Of a stretch of DNA of 64,000 bases, positions 39,009 to 52,886 are shown piece by piece. Under the pieces are notes generated by a model. That model worked only from the letters and a program-made list of their open reading frames with translations, was not told the DNA's origin and made no database searches. Every line of letters begins with the position of its first letter. The first letter of the stretch is position 1. Origin of the DNA: Harriotta raleighana (taxonomy: Eukaryota); NCBI GenBank assembly GCA_050575255.1, contig JBNZDD010013730.1:5296345-5360344 (forward strand), in the 5' to 3' direction. A program made the translations under genes and the position numbers.

Positions 39009-41564
39009 ACAAACTGTGTGTGGGGGTAGGGGGAGGGAGGGGACAAGTTCAAAGTAATTCAAGCAGAGTTTTGTTTGAAGAATGTTAAGGTAGTCATTTT
39101 GCTTTGCCTGTGTCCTTTTCTGCATTAGGGGAATCAAGATTTAACAGTTTATTCTAATGCAAGATGAATGAATAGAACAGGGTTGGCGTAGAACATGGAT
39201 AGTGTCTGAACCAAAGCCAACTTTGCTTTCTAGTCCTTGAGATCAGAGAATACAACAGGCATTATCCAGAGAGGGTTAGTAAGAAGTATTATTAATTGGA
39301 TTGATGGATTCATTTTTAATTCACATTGTTTAAAAACTAAATCCTCACACTTGTGGTCAGCACTTTGGTATTCAAGTTTGCACCTGCCCACCTCAAAGAT
39401 AAAATCATATACAAAAAGCACTCGAGAGTGTCAGGCTGAATCATGCTCTTTGAAAACGAGTCATATTAGCATACGAGGTGTATTAGTATTTAACAACCCA
39501 TCGTATTTTGATTCCAGAAACATCATTCTGATTCTTCTTTTCCTTAACTCTGAGCTCCCGCGGAATCACTCTAAATATTTATCCTTCTTTTTCCCGGGGA
39601 ACAGATCTTTTTAGGTGGATCCTTTTCCAACTGTGGAAATATTGAGATCAAATATGATTTTTGTTTCCACCTCAAAAACAACATACAGTACTGTACTTCC
39701 AAATCCCAGCCCACCCTACCCTTTCGAAAGGAGCAGTTTTCAAATGATCTATTATCAAAAATGCAGTTCCAATCGTGTAGCACATCAGCTGGCGATTTAA
39801 TACTGCTTTGGTTCATGTCATCCAGGCATTTGGTTGCATTGTAAATAGCATCTGCCTTTGTAGCCTTGAATGAGTGGTGCTAGTGACCTGGTGATGTGTA
39901 CAATATCATTATTTTGTTGGACCTGCTGTAGAAATCTTAATGTCTGTCCAAATTGCAATGAAACCATTAGGGACAAGCTGGAGGGACTTGGTGGACAAAT
40001 TCCAGTTCTGGGGCAAATTGACGAAAACTGCAATCAATCCATGTTATGAACTACAGTGGCTACTATGACCAGGTTCAGAGGTATCCAACTGAGCAACCAA
40101 ACAAAAAAATGACTATTGTCCTTACTTGTAATTCTTATTTAAACACTTAAAAACTCCATTCCGTTGAAGTATATACTTAATTCAAAATACACAATATGTA
40201 CAAACAACACAAATTTGGGGCATGCTGTGTAAAGCACTATAAAAGTTACATTTTATTCATTTGTTTGAGCACTGCATGATTATATGCTAATTAATTCACA
40301 AACTACTTTGCAGCCTAATAAGCCATGCAAAAGTATATGTTTTAAAAGAGATGTATGCACCAAATGTGACCAAAAGCTTTCCTTAACTGGAGACATTCTT
40401 CAAACACAGTTTACACTACCAGAAGAACAAAACCATTTTTGGTTCATTTGATCTTATCCTTCCATTGTACAGTGCAGCTCTCTGGGTTCTTCAGAACGCA
40501 CATGGTATATCAGCCCCAAATCGCATGCGCCAAACAACGTCTACTAAAACTGGTCCACTTCCAAGTTGTCAGGCCACCACTAATGTCACTACCACCAAAT
40601 GTTTCTTTGCTTTGATCATTTGGAGTTTAACATTTAAAAAAAAATAAAGTCACATATACCAGTACAACTTTTTAAGTGTAATTTAAGTTCTTAGCTAAAC
40701 CTTAAAAGTTATTAAAGAAAATAAATAGAATCTAAAGAAAAGTGTTTTATCATAATAATATTCATCAGCAGGAACCAGTATTATTTACAATTTATTTATA
40801 CAATATAATTGCAATATACAATTTACAATAGTACAATTTATTTGAACATTACCTATTATCCATTCTAGCATTTGGCAAATTATTGTAATTTGTCACTCTG
40901 TGTATAGCAAATGGAATAATTGTATTTAAAGAACTACGGATTTTTAAAAAATAAATATTGGCTTAGACCTTTTAAAGCGAATATGCTTTGAACTACTGTG
41001 TAATAACAGATTCTGAGTTTAGAAAAAACCTTTCTCATTGTTTTCTGTTAGATCATCAATCTTTATTCTGCACTGCAATCACCACAGTATTGTTTCTGTG
41101 CAATGCCATTTGTCTAGCTATTTATTAGTACCCTTAGCTTCTTTCCAGTTCATAGATTGGTTTTGTTTCTAATGTTTGCCTTTCTTCACACAGTAGTAAA
41201 TTATTAGATAGGTATTGTAAATCCAATGATCCATCTAGTGAATGGAGTCCCCAATTCAAAAATACATTACAATTCAAAATGATACTCTTTGTATTTAAAC
41301 AATCCACTTGTGGTTGCTGTGGTTTCTTGCACTTGAATAGTGCATTTCAATTAATTTGAAAACATTGAACTGTTATCTCAGATTTTTATGGGCTTTCCAT
41401 TCCTGTAGTAAAGAATCCTTATGCTGAGGTGATTTGCTCCAGTGAAGATTATGGATTAACATCCTCAAATTAACATTCAAGGATGCTTTTTTTAAAAAAA
41501 AGGTTTAATTACAACATTTTCACTACTGTACAACCTAGAAAAAAACATTTAAATTCCCTAGATT

Positions 41565-41622
41565 TGTTTGCCAGGACACTGGGGGAAGCTCCCTTCTCTT
41601 TTCGAATAGTGTCATGGGAAAT
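41565..41622 (-). mobile_element. Old Deu-SINE core fragment
   Basis: ttgccaggacactgggggaagctcccttctcttttcgaatagtgtcatggga is the reverse complement of the Deu core. Confidence 0.65.
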
Positions 41623-42199
41623 TAACAAGTGTTACTTTAACCTTGAATTTGTGTGAATCTTTTGATTAGTAAACTGTCTAACATAGAAGTTTGTGAACAC
41701 AATACATAGAGGACCATAGATAGTTTTGAGTGAATACATTCTATTCAGAAACTACTTTAATGGTTATTAAGATACCTAAACCTCAATTAAATCACTGCTT
41801 CATAATCGCTTGCAAGCATCTATCATTTTCTGACAGATTTGTTGACGTTTATGCATGCAATACATTTTGAATGAAAATCTTTTCATGATGTGTGGTTTTC
41901 CAGAATTGGTTGTAGAATTTATCCAGTATTTTAATTAGAAAGTAATTCTGACAAATGCAAGATGACGTTATAAATACATTTTTTTTGTGGATCTGCCAAA
42001 ATAGCGATCCATAAGAAAGCTGGTGCCATTCCATTAGTTTAACATTATAATCTTGTTTAACAGAAAACACATTCCTACTCTGAGAAGCAATGGTTTCTGA
42101 GAGACGGTGGTTCTGTTAGTATTCTATCTCATAAAGAAAATCCAAACAGTGCTAACCCAATGTAAATGGCAATAACAGGAACAATAACTAATTATACAG

Positions 42200-42545
42200 G
42201 CAACAAACAACAAAATTACATTTATAGAACGTCTTTCACATCGGGAGTCTCCCATTAAGGAGGGTACAATCTCAGAGCGCTTCACATGTGTCAGATGCTG
42301 AGCGAAGTGGGGAATGGGGTGGGAAAGATGAAGTGATTATAAGTGTGAGGTGAAGAGATTTGTCAGTGAAGGTGAGGATCTCAAAGTTGATCCTTAGGGA
42401 ACCAGAGAGCCAGTTGGAGAATGGGTGATAGGGATATGGAGTTTAGTGCGGATGAAGACGTGGGTTGCAGAGTCTTGCATCAGCTGAAGATTGTGAATGT
42501 TGGAACTGGGCAGCCTTGCAAGAAGTGATTTGAAAAAGACAAATG
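42200..42545 (-). mobile_element. Decayed L2 LINE fragment
   Basis: Minus frame SLLARLPSSNIHNLQLMQDSATHVFIRTK..PIT matches the L2 motif NSLLAGLP....LQxxQNxAAR..T....HITP. L2 tail at 42200-42250. Confidence 0.75.
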
Positions 42546-45500
42546 AAGGGATAATACATGGGTGAATAAACAGAAAAACGCCTAAATCATATTGGCAAAC
42601 AAAGCAATGAATAAAAGGCTGTTGGCCTTGAAAGGTCAAGGCTCAGGGTTTATATAATTGTATATTGCTCAAACGTTGTTTATTATATCATCCGAATCCT
42701 TCTGATGTTATAGTCTCGTAACCTCTTTAATTCTCAATTCAACACAATAGTTCAGGTCATTGACATTCAAATCTGAGATTATTTATCCTACTTAATTTCC
42801 CTTATTGTATAATATTGATTCCAACTGTTACATTAGATGATGACTCATTGTGGATCAGCAAACACTTCATGTGAACCCACAATGAGTTTGGGCAGCAATT
42901 ATGCAGGAATAATTACAGAAGTGTCACGTTACCATTTTGCTGCCCGACATATATCAATATTAGTTTAAATTCCATTCATTTAAAGATTTCATTTGATAAA
43001 TATTCATTTGAGTTCCTGTGGTGTTGGAGCTTTTCTCCATCAGTGGTGCAGTCACATGTTCAATAACAAATTGCACAGTGTGGCTTTGCATTGCGTTGCT
43101 GAAGCGTAAACCGAAACACTCTACGTACAGCGTAACTCCTTCATAACACGTTTGTCTAGGTCCAATACCTGAGTATCCACAGTTGGCCAAAATCCAGACT
43201 GCTGCTAATATTAATTCCTGTCTATAGCAAATGATTCATTTGGGACACTTTTGGTGCACATAACGTTGAACTGGTGACCCAAAAGTTAGCCATTACTTAG
43301 AGTGAGAAGTCAGGCAGACAGTGCTGGAAACTGAGAGTACTGTGTTCTGGTTAGTGCATAGCAGACCTACTCTAAGTCAAGCCACGAGCAAATTGATGTG
43401 GGAGCTGAGGTGGGGGTGGGGTGGGGGAGAGGAAGACACTAATAGGATTACTCTGTATGTTACACCACAATAATATAGCAGGGAATAGCAAACAAGAAAC
43501 AAATCTTTAATAATCTTGTCATAATGGTAGATTTCATTTTGGGGTTGTTCTGCCTTTAAATGCTGAATGATTTCTGAAACTGATTTATAATGACAATCAC
43601 AGATTGAATTCCACATTTCACTGAAACTGTGAAAAAAAAATCCCAATCTAAATGTAAAAGAGTACATTTTTCAGAGATGCTCACTTCCAAATTCTCTCTG
43701 GATGTTTGACATCAAGCGAGAAAACTGTTCTGAGACTGTGCAGCATAGGGAAGTTCATAAATATTCATAAGTGTAATTTAATATGAATGTATTTAATGGC
43801 AAGAGAGTTAAAATGCAGAAGAGCAGCCAAGAGCTTTTGCTTGAAGTGTATTTATTAATTTATTTATTGGGGTGACACTTGTAGGGGGATAATAACTGCA
43901 TGGTTAAAATTAAACTGACTTTATTGATGGGCAATTTTACATTGCTGTTACTGTATACATTCATTATTGGTGGAAATTGCTTTCAGTATTATTTGTGATT
44001 ATATTGCAGGTTGCTAACACAACACTTGCAGTTATTTAGAACAGTGAGGTACCAAAATGAATGAAATTAAACATAAAACTGTTTATGTAAGCGCAAAATG
44101 TGCTTGCATAATTTCCTGGTTTGATTTATATAGCAACAGTGCAACGTGAATGAAGAATAAGTAAATGAACACCAGAATATGAACAAAATTGTTACCATCA
44201 TTTTTTACTCTGGCCAAACCCTGACATTTGAAAGTGGTTTTTCAAATGTCAAATAGGTATTGATTTTTGTCAGACTCTATACTACAGAACATACCTCAGT
44301 GTGCAGGAAAAAGCAACAGAGCTATATAAAGACTACAATTCATTGCACAGCCTATTTCTAAAATAGTAATGGCATATGTTGTGTGTGTATGTGTGTGCGT
44401 GCGTACACTTCAATCCTTTTATAGGGCAATCTTGTTTGCTGTCACAAAATTTGACTAGATAAAGAGTTTTATTAGAAGGTCATCTAGCTAAAAGTTTGCT
44501 AAAATGCAAAAAGCAGCAAGTTCAATCACGGTACGTTTCACCTGAGTTTGCGACATTCCTATCTATTAATTCAAACATTTCATAAACTAGAAACTATCCT
44601 GCGCCCTCACTATGCTTTTGTCCTAACCTGTAACTGATAGGATGTGGGAAAAAAAAAGAAATTTGAAAGCGTTTTGTTGTAGCTAAATTGAACGAATTAT
44701 TCGTAAAACATGATGTGTTGTGAGATTACCTGTTTACATTAACATTGGCATCAAAATACCACAATAATTACTTTGGAAACTGGTACCCCAAATTACACTA
44801 CCTTGGGACTATATAAATTAGCACATTGTGCAAAGTCCAGTAATGCACAACAACTATAACCAACAAAGCATCCAGACACAGATGCATATATTACATGAAA
44901 ACATTCTAAGACATACAGAAACCAAATAATCTACATATTGGTACAATATGAACTACTTGAGGCCAAAGGTTTTGTGAGGGGAATTACATTTCAGAATATT
45001 GGGGCTGTGATCTCTACAATAAATCTGTGAAGTAAATCCTCCTGATATGAAAGGCAATACAACAATTGCAAAGCTTATTATAGTATTACTGTATTTTTAT
45101 TTTAAAGAGTGACAACCTTACATACCCTTCAGTTACCCTACTGCTTAATCCATTTGATAAATTAGTGTGTCTGGTTTTGCTTAATTATGTACATAGCTAT
45201 CCAACACAAACTGAGGTGTTTGCGACAACATTACTTGCAGGTTTTCTTCTGCAATAATGGTCTAAAGTGTTTGACAGTATTGGAACACAAGATTAAATGT
45301 GACAACTGCATTGCCTTTAATTACAAAGCTGTATTAACAGTAATGCTTCTATTCATCTGCAACCATTGTCAAGATGTTTACACATGTCTACAAGCTCCAA
45401 AAGTTAAAAAGAAATCACCCAGAGGGCAAACAGCAGCTGGAACGGGTTACCAAAGAGGGTGGCAGAGGGCGGGAAACTGACTGACTGACAGAAAAAGCAG

Positions 45501-45781
45501 ATGCATCTACCAGGAAGACAATAGAGTTATTATTGATATTACAATAAGGTGATGGAGTTGCTATTTTGGAATCAAGAAATCATGCGGACAAGAGATCTCT
45601 CATTGTCCCCTTTCTTGTGATGTCAAACTTTAACTTAAAAAAAACGTTGTCTTTAGCACACAACGTTCCACTTGAGAGAACGCCACGGGGAAAGTCTGCT
45701 TTCCCAATGTTACAGTTGCAGATCTGTACTACCCAGGCTAATCATTCTGAATTCCTCAGGATATCTAACAGGTCCAAAACG

Positions 45782-46528
45782 CAGTGAACCCTCATCGAAC
45801 GCCTTCTTTATCGATTGCGAATTCAAGTATACGTGACGAAACAAAAGCATCACTTTTTTGTGCAGCGCGCACAAAACTTGTGATTACGCGCTGGCTGGCC
45901 CCCACGCATAATGCGCACGTGTGAGGATGCCGACTGCTCCTGACTAAATCCGATGATTACTCGGCGAACAAGCGAACTTTTGACGAGGCTGGCAGATCCC
46001 GACTAAAGCCAATAATTCCTCGGCTGACCTGCCCCGCGCTCAATGCATCCTTGGGTAAGTCCAATAACTCTTCGGCCTCAGAGCATCGTGATGGCATTGC
46101 ATGGTAAACAGAAGAGACAGAGAGAAAGCGAGTCTCATAACAGTAATGTAGCCTAGCTGTGGGTTTATTGCTTTATTGCTTTCTTTTTATTGCTTTACTG
46201 CTTTGTTATTGCTTTATAGCAACAAAGCCGGAGCCGGCCACCTGCGGCTCTCTCCCCCCCCCCCCCGCCCCCGAGCAGCTCTCTGCTCCCCCCCGCCCGC
46301 GAATGGCTCATTGCTCCCCTCCCCCCTCCGAGCGGTTCTCTGCTCCCACACAGTCCCCCACCCCCACCCCGAACGTCTGTCTGCTCTCTGGGGCTTGAGG
46401 TAGGTTGACCTGCAACTGTATTCCCCTAACTCCCCTTTTCCCATTCCTTGTTCAGATTACCCAACGCGATTTTATCGAGTGCGTAGTTTTCCAGCAACGT
46501 AACCCCCGCAATCGATGAGGGTTAATTG
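45782..46528 (+). mobile_element. Tigger/pogo-type non-autonomous DNA transposon, copy A (~750 bp)
   Basis: TIRs cagtgaaccctcatcga and tcgatgagggttaattg, with TA on the right flank (the left flank reads cg). Extensively homologous to 52887-53955 in the opposite orientation. Strand label is arbitrary. Confidence 0.85.
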
Positions 46529-46620
46529 TACATTGATTTTTTTGATTGAAATAATTGAAATGAATGGAAACAAGGATTGCAGCATAAGAGCAAGTCACAT
46601 TAAAAAATTAACTCATTTAT

Positions 46621-46912
46621 GGAGACCTTTAGCTCAGTGATTATAGCACTTGCCTCACAAGCAAGAGACCTGGGTTCGATTCCCAGCAGAGCAAATCCGT
46701 GGGTAAATTTTCTTACTCCTGATATGATGCCTGATAATAATCCCTCAAAAAAGCAATAAGAATTTGGTCACTTCAATCCATGACTGCTGTGCGTAATTGG
46801 CTGCCATGTTTTGCCCACAAAATACACAATCAATTCACTTCACATAATATTCTGTGAAGCTCTTTGAGACGCCTAGAAGATGTGAAAGGTTCTACACCAA
46901 ATGCAAGGATTA
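46621..46912 (+). mobile_element. Full-length tRNA-derived Deu-SINE (short family)
   Basis: Head ggagacctttagctcagtgattatagc...gggttcgattccc, Deu block, and tail ...aaatgcaaggatt. Confidence 0.88.
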
Positions 46913-48169
46913 ATTTTTTAGCAAAAATCATGACAAAATGAAATGCAATATGCAGTAGACAATGGAAAAGGCTCTTCTGGAAAACTTTTGTCAATTTGCA
47001 GCCAGGAATGTCAATCTTTCTTTGTTACATAAGCTCATTTTAACATATTACCTTTATACTGTAATATCTAAAAATATCAAGAATTACATTTAAGATCTAT
47101 TCAGACAGAAATGATTGATGAAAGAGAGGAATAAATGCTGAGTTTTGCATTAGAGTGGCTTAGGGTTAACCCCCTACCTTTGGTATTGTAACAACACCAA
47201 CAGTGGTCAAAGCAGATGTGGTGGGCACAATGGACTTGCTCTCTTCTCCTTCAAATTCATATGTATTGAATTTTAAATCACTCAGCTTTGGCTCAGTTCA
47301 GTCAGACAAAAGAGAAGCCAAGTAAACTTCAATTCCCAATCAATAGAATTTTACCTTACAGCTTCATTGAGATTCTCTCTGAAACCTCTTCAGATGCTTG
47401 TTTGGTACATATTGAATCACAATTGGTTTGTACAAAATTCTGGGAGAGAAGTTACATCACTATTGTTAAAATTGACCATTGGTAATGTTGAATAATCATC
47501 GTTGAGCTGCATAAAATCTTAATTTACTCGAATGATTAATTTAATGTAATGGTTTGAAGTAGATTCATTTGGATGTGATCAATCACTTCACCAACACACC
47601 TTTTTCAAGGGTTTGAATGAAATGCATTCTTGGCAGATGATTCTGCCTGCCTTCACTGCAGTCGTTGTATCGGGTAAGAACAAGACTGCAATTTGGTAAC
47701 ATGTTTAATCAGTGAGTACTGTACAGCCAATAAGTGACACACATTCACAAATAGCTCAGTGACAACATAATTGCTTCAGCATGGTAAAACCTGGCTGGTG
47801 TAAGGGTAAGCCTCCTTTAGCAATCTTGTTCACTTCAGTGGTATGCAAACATTAAAAAAAATCCTTTTAATGCCCTCATGCAATCGCAAAATCTGCCCTT
47901 ACAACCTCCTAACCATTGTAGTTCAAATTATTTTACTCCTAAACTGTTCTTTAGGGGAATTATTACACTCTGTTCGTGGGTAGGAAATGCTGTAACAGCA
48001 AGAGCTCTAAATGCAGTAAAATCCTGTTAAATGAAAACAATTTGTAAAAACAAGACGTACTTACAGCAGCAATGACTGACTACCAGTGAACAGAATGAAA
48101 CTACTTTCTGGTAAATGTGAGCTTGCATCTAATGGTCCTCATATTAGATATTTATATGGTGATATATTT

Positions 48170-48300
48170 TGGCACTGCTGTATGCAGTTGGCAGCTGTGT
48201 TTCACCCCCACAAAAAAAGTCAATTGACGTTATGGTATATTCGGTGAAGCACTCAGAGACATCATAACAACATGATTATATTAAGAATTATTATTATAAT
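48170..48300 (+). mobile_element. Deu-SINE (short family) 3' fragment, diverged
   Basis: cactgctgtatgcagttggcagctgtgtttcaccc...gtcaattg...gtatattcggtgaagcactcagagac. Confidence 0.65.
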
Positions 48301-48519
48301 AACAGTCATAAACACATAATGGCTTTCCCCCACATTGCCACGGGTGTTTACTCCACAAAATCTTTCTCTGCCCACCAGCTGGCCAAAGAACAACATTCAA
48401 AGACAACAGGCGGTGAATGTATTACGTCTCCCAAGAGAGTGGATGTGGGGTCATCGACCAAGTCATCGCTTACCTTCAGCCCTGACTTTTGAGTGAATCA
48501 TATCACATTAGATTACAAA

Positions 48520-48800
48520 AGAAGTTTGAATTTAAAAAAAAGCCCTTTGGTCCATCTGGTCTCATCTTTTCAGAATTACTGTACGATTGTAATATTGTGC
48601 GGTTACACCATCAAGCTGCTTTGGGCTCCTGCCCTCACTCACCCTCCCTGGCAACCTGTTTCAGCTATTAATTACTCCATCGTGTAAATAAATACTTTAT
48701 GGTGTCTGTCCTGAAATTTCCCCACCCGTAACCTGTGCCCTCTTTGATGATTGCTGTTGGAGCAGCAGGTTGGAAGTATACTTCGGGAGGTGCTTTTGAA
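48520..48800 (-). mobile_element. Decayed CR1 LINE 3' end
   Basis: gccctttggtccatctggtctca (reverse complement of a CR1 3' UTR) and tgtcctgaaatttcccc...taacctgtgccctct (RGHRL...KFRT-like on the minus strand). Confidence 0.5.
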
Positions 48801-51219
48801 CTCCCATGGCTCTTTATACTATGGTAATATACTGTAGCAAGTGATGTTTATGGCAATCTGATGAAACATGAAACACTGATGGGCTTGAGTGGCAGCCAAT
48901 TCTAGGATTAAAAGTCAACAGGCAAGCACTCGGTTGCTTATGCTACCCAGCTATTCTTTCTAAGGTAGCTTTCGCGGTATCTTTAATATTCAGATCATAG
49001 GAAAAACTGCTGACTTGAGAAGAATTAAACATATTTCTACGTCAGCCATACTCTTAAGCATCAAAAGTGTTAATCCTACTATCTGGACAGTTTTATTAAA
49101 ATGGAAGCATGATTTTCTTTCAGCTCCGTGGGAAGCTTTGGGCAGGAGTTTCTTCCTGACCAGATTGATTGAATAAATGAATGAATAGAAAACCTTGGTT
49201 TTGCTTGTATTGGAGATTCTGCAAACCACAGCATGGGGCTTAATAAAGGCCACCAGTTTTATTCTGACCTATTTTATTACACTTCATACCATCCACTGCA
49301 TGGAACACTGTAAAAAAATTGAACATTTCTCATCAATTCATAACACAATGAAAGTTCACAATCTGCTTGCTATGCAGTTAAGATAACTGCTCAAATATGC
49401 CACAGGCAGCTGAATTCCACATGTAGGTCTGTGATTATATGTTTACCTGGAAGGATTTGGTGGCCCGTAGCATCGTTGGATAATAGTGCGCTCTGTTCCT
49501 GTAATGCAAACTGTTCCATAAATATAAGATTTTGATGAGAGTAAAGCTCCCAAATTCCCCCTACCCCTCAGGTTTATGTCAGGCAAGTTAGTAAACCACT
49601 TCAAGCCATGATAAAAATCCTTCTTGATTGGGCCACAAGCAGCTGTGACAAGTTGAATTTATTTCTCCTCCTACCAGGAAGCTTTGCAGGACGCTTGTAA
49701 CATATGGCGTTTTTCTGTTCAAACTGGAGCTTTAACTGAAGGGAAGGCTCTGTGGAGTTGGCGTATTCTGTTGTTCCTGTCAAATGGTGTCCAAATGAAC
49801 TTACAGCTTTTCGAAATCCTGGCATTCTCCGAGGCTGGAAGCCAATAGCGTGTAATTCTAGTGAACTAAGTGTGATCATTTAATTATCTTCTCGTCCAAG
49901 ACGATGCTGATCAAAGGCTTGATCAGGACACTCTTCAAAGGTTAGAAGCATGTGCCGAAAGCACAATGATGAGGTGAGGCCAAAGAAGAAAATACTTAAA
50001 ACGTGCCAATTGCAGGTCCCTATTTTCTTAAACCACGGTTTTATTTAACATTTCCCTTCAAAAATCTATGTCTTGTTACGTAATAAGAGAGAATGAGATA
50101 AATTGCATAATGATTAAGATCATTTATATCCACAGCATGGGTTAATTACTGCTGAACTTCCTTTTATTTGTTACATCTGGTTCTGCCTTTCCTGTGATTT
50201 CCAATGCAATTTCAATCCATGGCTTCAAGGCTACACCTGCACTTACACAAGCTATACCAGAAATGTATTTGTCTGTTTAAGTGCTGCTTGGTGCTGCTGA
50301 CAATGTTGTTGACAATTTATACATTTTTCCGTTAATTTCTAATGCTTTTCACATGAGCTCAAGGAACTGCTGATTCTGAAGGCATATTCCCTGTTATGCT
50401 TTTACGTGTTGATGAGGCTTGCATGAACTCTTGTTGATCCCTATCTAAACCATACTTTTAGGCAATAATAAATAGTCAATTGCTGCTTTTTTTGGAACCG
50501 ACAGAAATGATAGATTCAGTGAGCTGGAACTTATATAAGTTTCGATCTGGATTTTTCTCTCATTGCAGGTGATATCAGAATAGAAGCGTATTGTCTGATG
50601 CAAGGATTATCATTATTAAGAAAGTTGGAGAACCCTGTGATGGCCTGGACTCTATAAAGTTTGAGAAGAGAACATTTTGAAACTTTATTTGGCTCATGAC
50701 TCTGTTATAGGGCAATAGTTTGGAGGGTATAAAATGTTGGCCCATACTATATGCCTCAAGAGCAGCGGCCAGCCGGCCAGCCTGCTGGGTTTTAAGCTCA
50801 TGTATAATGAATGACAAGTCATTGCACAAGATATTACACATGAACACGGAAAGCTGACTGACAATGCTCTTGTGTGTTTCAGTTCCATCCGGATTTGGAG
50901 CGTGATGACAGTGTTATGAACTTTTTGTTTCAAAAGTGCTGGAAATCCACTGAACATTTTGAAATATAAAGATAAATGGTCAGACGTCGGGTGACTGGCG
51001 TCAAACAAACACTTTATTTGTTCTTGGGTGTTCCAATTTATGAACCAATTTAAAGTACATGGCCCTTTGATATTTTGATAGCAACTGCGTATTTTTGTTT
51101 TGTTCAATAGAACAAAATCTCAGAAATAAGAGTGTCACTTCAAGTTAAGGGTGAACCAGTGCCTTAATAATACACCTATTGAATTCCACTGGAGACATTT
51201 TACGTTCCTGTACTCAAGA

Positions 51220-51450
51220 CACTCATCTATCTTGGTAAGAAGCCTCTAATGCCCATTACCAATCTGTCCAAGTTAATAAGCTTCTGCTAAATTTGTCAAT
51301 GCGCTTCCATTTTTTCCCCCTGAAATTTCATTTATATGTACTTATCGATATAATTCTGTGGGAGTGCTTTTCCATCAGCTAAATGTTATATCATTTGAGT
51401 GATGCTCTTTCCAAGGCTATTTGCTGTGTGAAAACATCAAGCCTTTTCTG
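51220..51450 (-). mobile_element. Decayed CR1 RT fragment
   Basis: Minus-strand remnants resemble AFD..H, YINE..., KFA and LDRL..WA motifs of CR1 RT. Confidence 0.4.
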
Positions 51451-52596
51451 TTACTTTCTACACATGTACTAATTTGCTTTGTGCTATTTTGCTTTCGATA
51501 CTGTGCATTAAACACAGGCATTTATAGACATTATAGGCACTAATTGGTGCAAATAGCAAGCCTGCTTGAAGGTTCCTTTGCACATGGTGTATTGTGCAGA
51601 ACCTGCCACTTTGTGTACATTTACCAAATAAAACTGGCTGCAAGCAGAAAAAGGAAGGAGAATATTCTGGTAAGCTTCAAGTTGCGTTATGGAAACAATT
51701 GTGAACGTACATTGTAAACTACTGAAACTGTGTGAGAAATAATTATAGTTCCATCAATTGTTAAAAAGAAATGAATTAAAAGCAATAAAAAAAATCAGTG
51801 TCACATAATTTTTTTTCACCTAATGGGAAGAAAATCTTAAACAGCCGACCAGTTGAATGAAGGAAAAAGTTGTTTTCGATTGCTAATTTTTGCAAAATAA
51901 AAACAAATGTGATAAAAGATTTTGAGACAAATTAAATCCAAAGAGAAATACCAGTAACAAAAAATGCTAATTAATTCAGAACATTTATTCCCTCCTTAAA
52001 TTAATACGGTTTCCTATTTTCAGCCTGTGACATATTATTCTGTTGAACTTTGAACACGTGCACTCAATCATCAAGAATCTGGTTCTTGTTCTTGGAACAG
52101 GGCAAATAGTTTGATCAGTTGTTTTTTCTTGTAATTCTTCTCTTCTCTCAGGTTTGGTTTAGTGCTATTGTTTTCAGCTATTCTCTTGCCCAAGTATCTT
52201 TTTTTATATATGCTAGACAATAATTTCTAGGAGACTCTTTGAATATTGGAATTTAGAATTATGCACAATTTTGTTTTAAGCTGAGGCCTGCATTTCCTAA
52301 TCAGCTTGAAGAGTACGAGAAATTTCAAGTGTCTGGTGTTCACTTTGTGTAGGTGTAGGAGCCCTGACATATATTTCCTCTGAGAAAAGCATCTGTATTG
52401 GCGATGAGCTCGATATGAAAGTGGGAGAAAAGAAATTACAATGTTTACCACATCCTTCCCAACTTCCCACATCTAGATTCAAGAGGTTACCTATCCTGTC
52501 GTGTATCTCATAACGTTGGGTTTCCGATATCTTTTCAGCAATCTATGTGTTCTGAATTTAGTTCACAGTATCAATGCAAGGTCAATCCCCCGAGTT

Positions 52597-52614
52597 ACAC
52601 ACACACACACACAC
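52597..52614. repeat. (AC)n microsatellite
   Basis: acacacacacacacacac. Confidence 0.8.
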
Positions 52615-52886
52615 AATACTTACCCTGGTGCTGTTTCCAATGTAAGAACTCCTGAATTCAATCTGCAGCTTCTACACCTTCTAAATGCTTTCCTCACTGC
52701 ACCTTTTACTGCCAATGATGAAGGTTATTAAAAGCTATGAAAACTCCAAATTCTTCAATATTGCACAAAGCCAGTGGAATTATATAAACAGAGGATTGAA
52801 AATACAAAACATTGATCTCGGGTCTGCAAAATAAATCCTAGAGTAGAGACTCTGATGATGGCTTTCAAAACAGGAAAAAGCGAATA

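Noticed and set aside
43088-43135. ctgaagcgtaaaccgaaac resembling a hammerhead core
   Set aside because: It lacks CTGANGA and a pairing stem II.
50549-50660. Strong plus-strand splice acceptor (tttttctctcattgcag)
   Set aside because: All frames close within about 30 codons, there is no clear donor, and part of it resembles a SINE tail (atgcaaggattatcatt).
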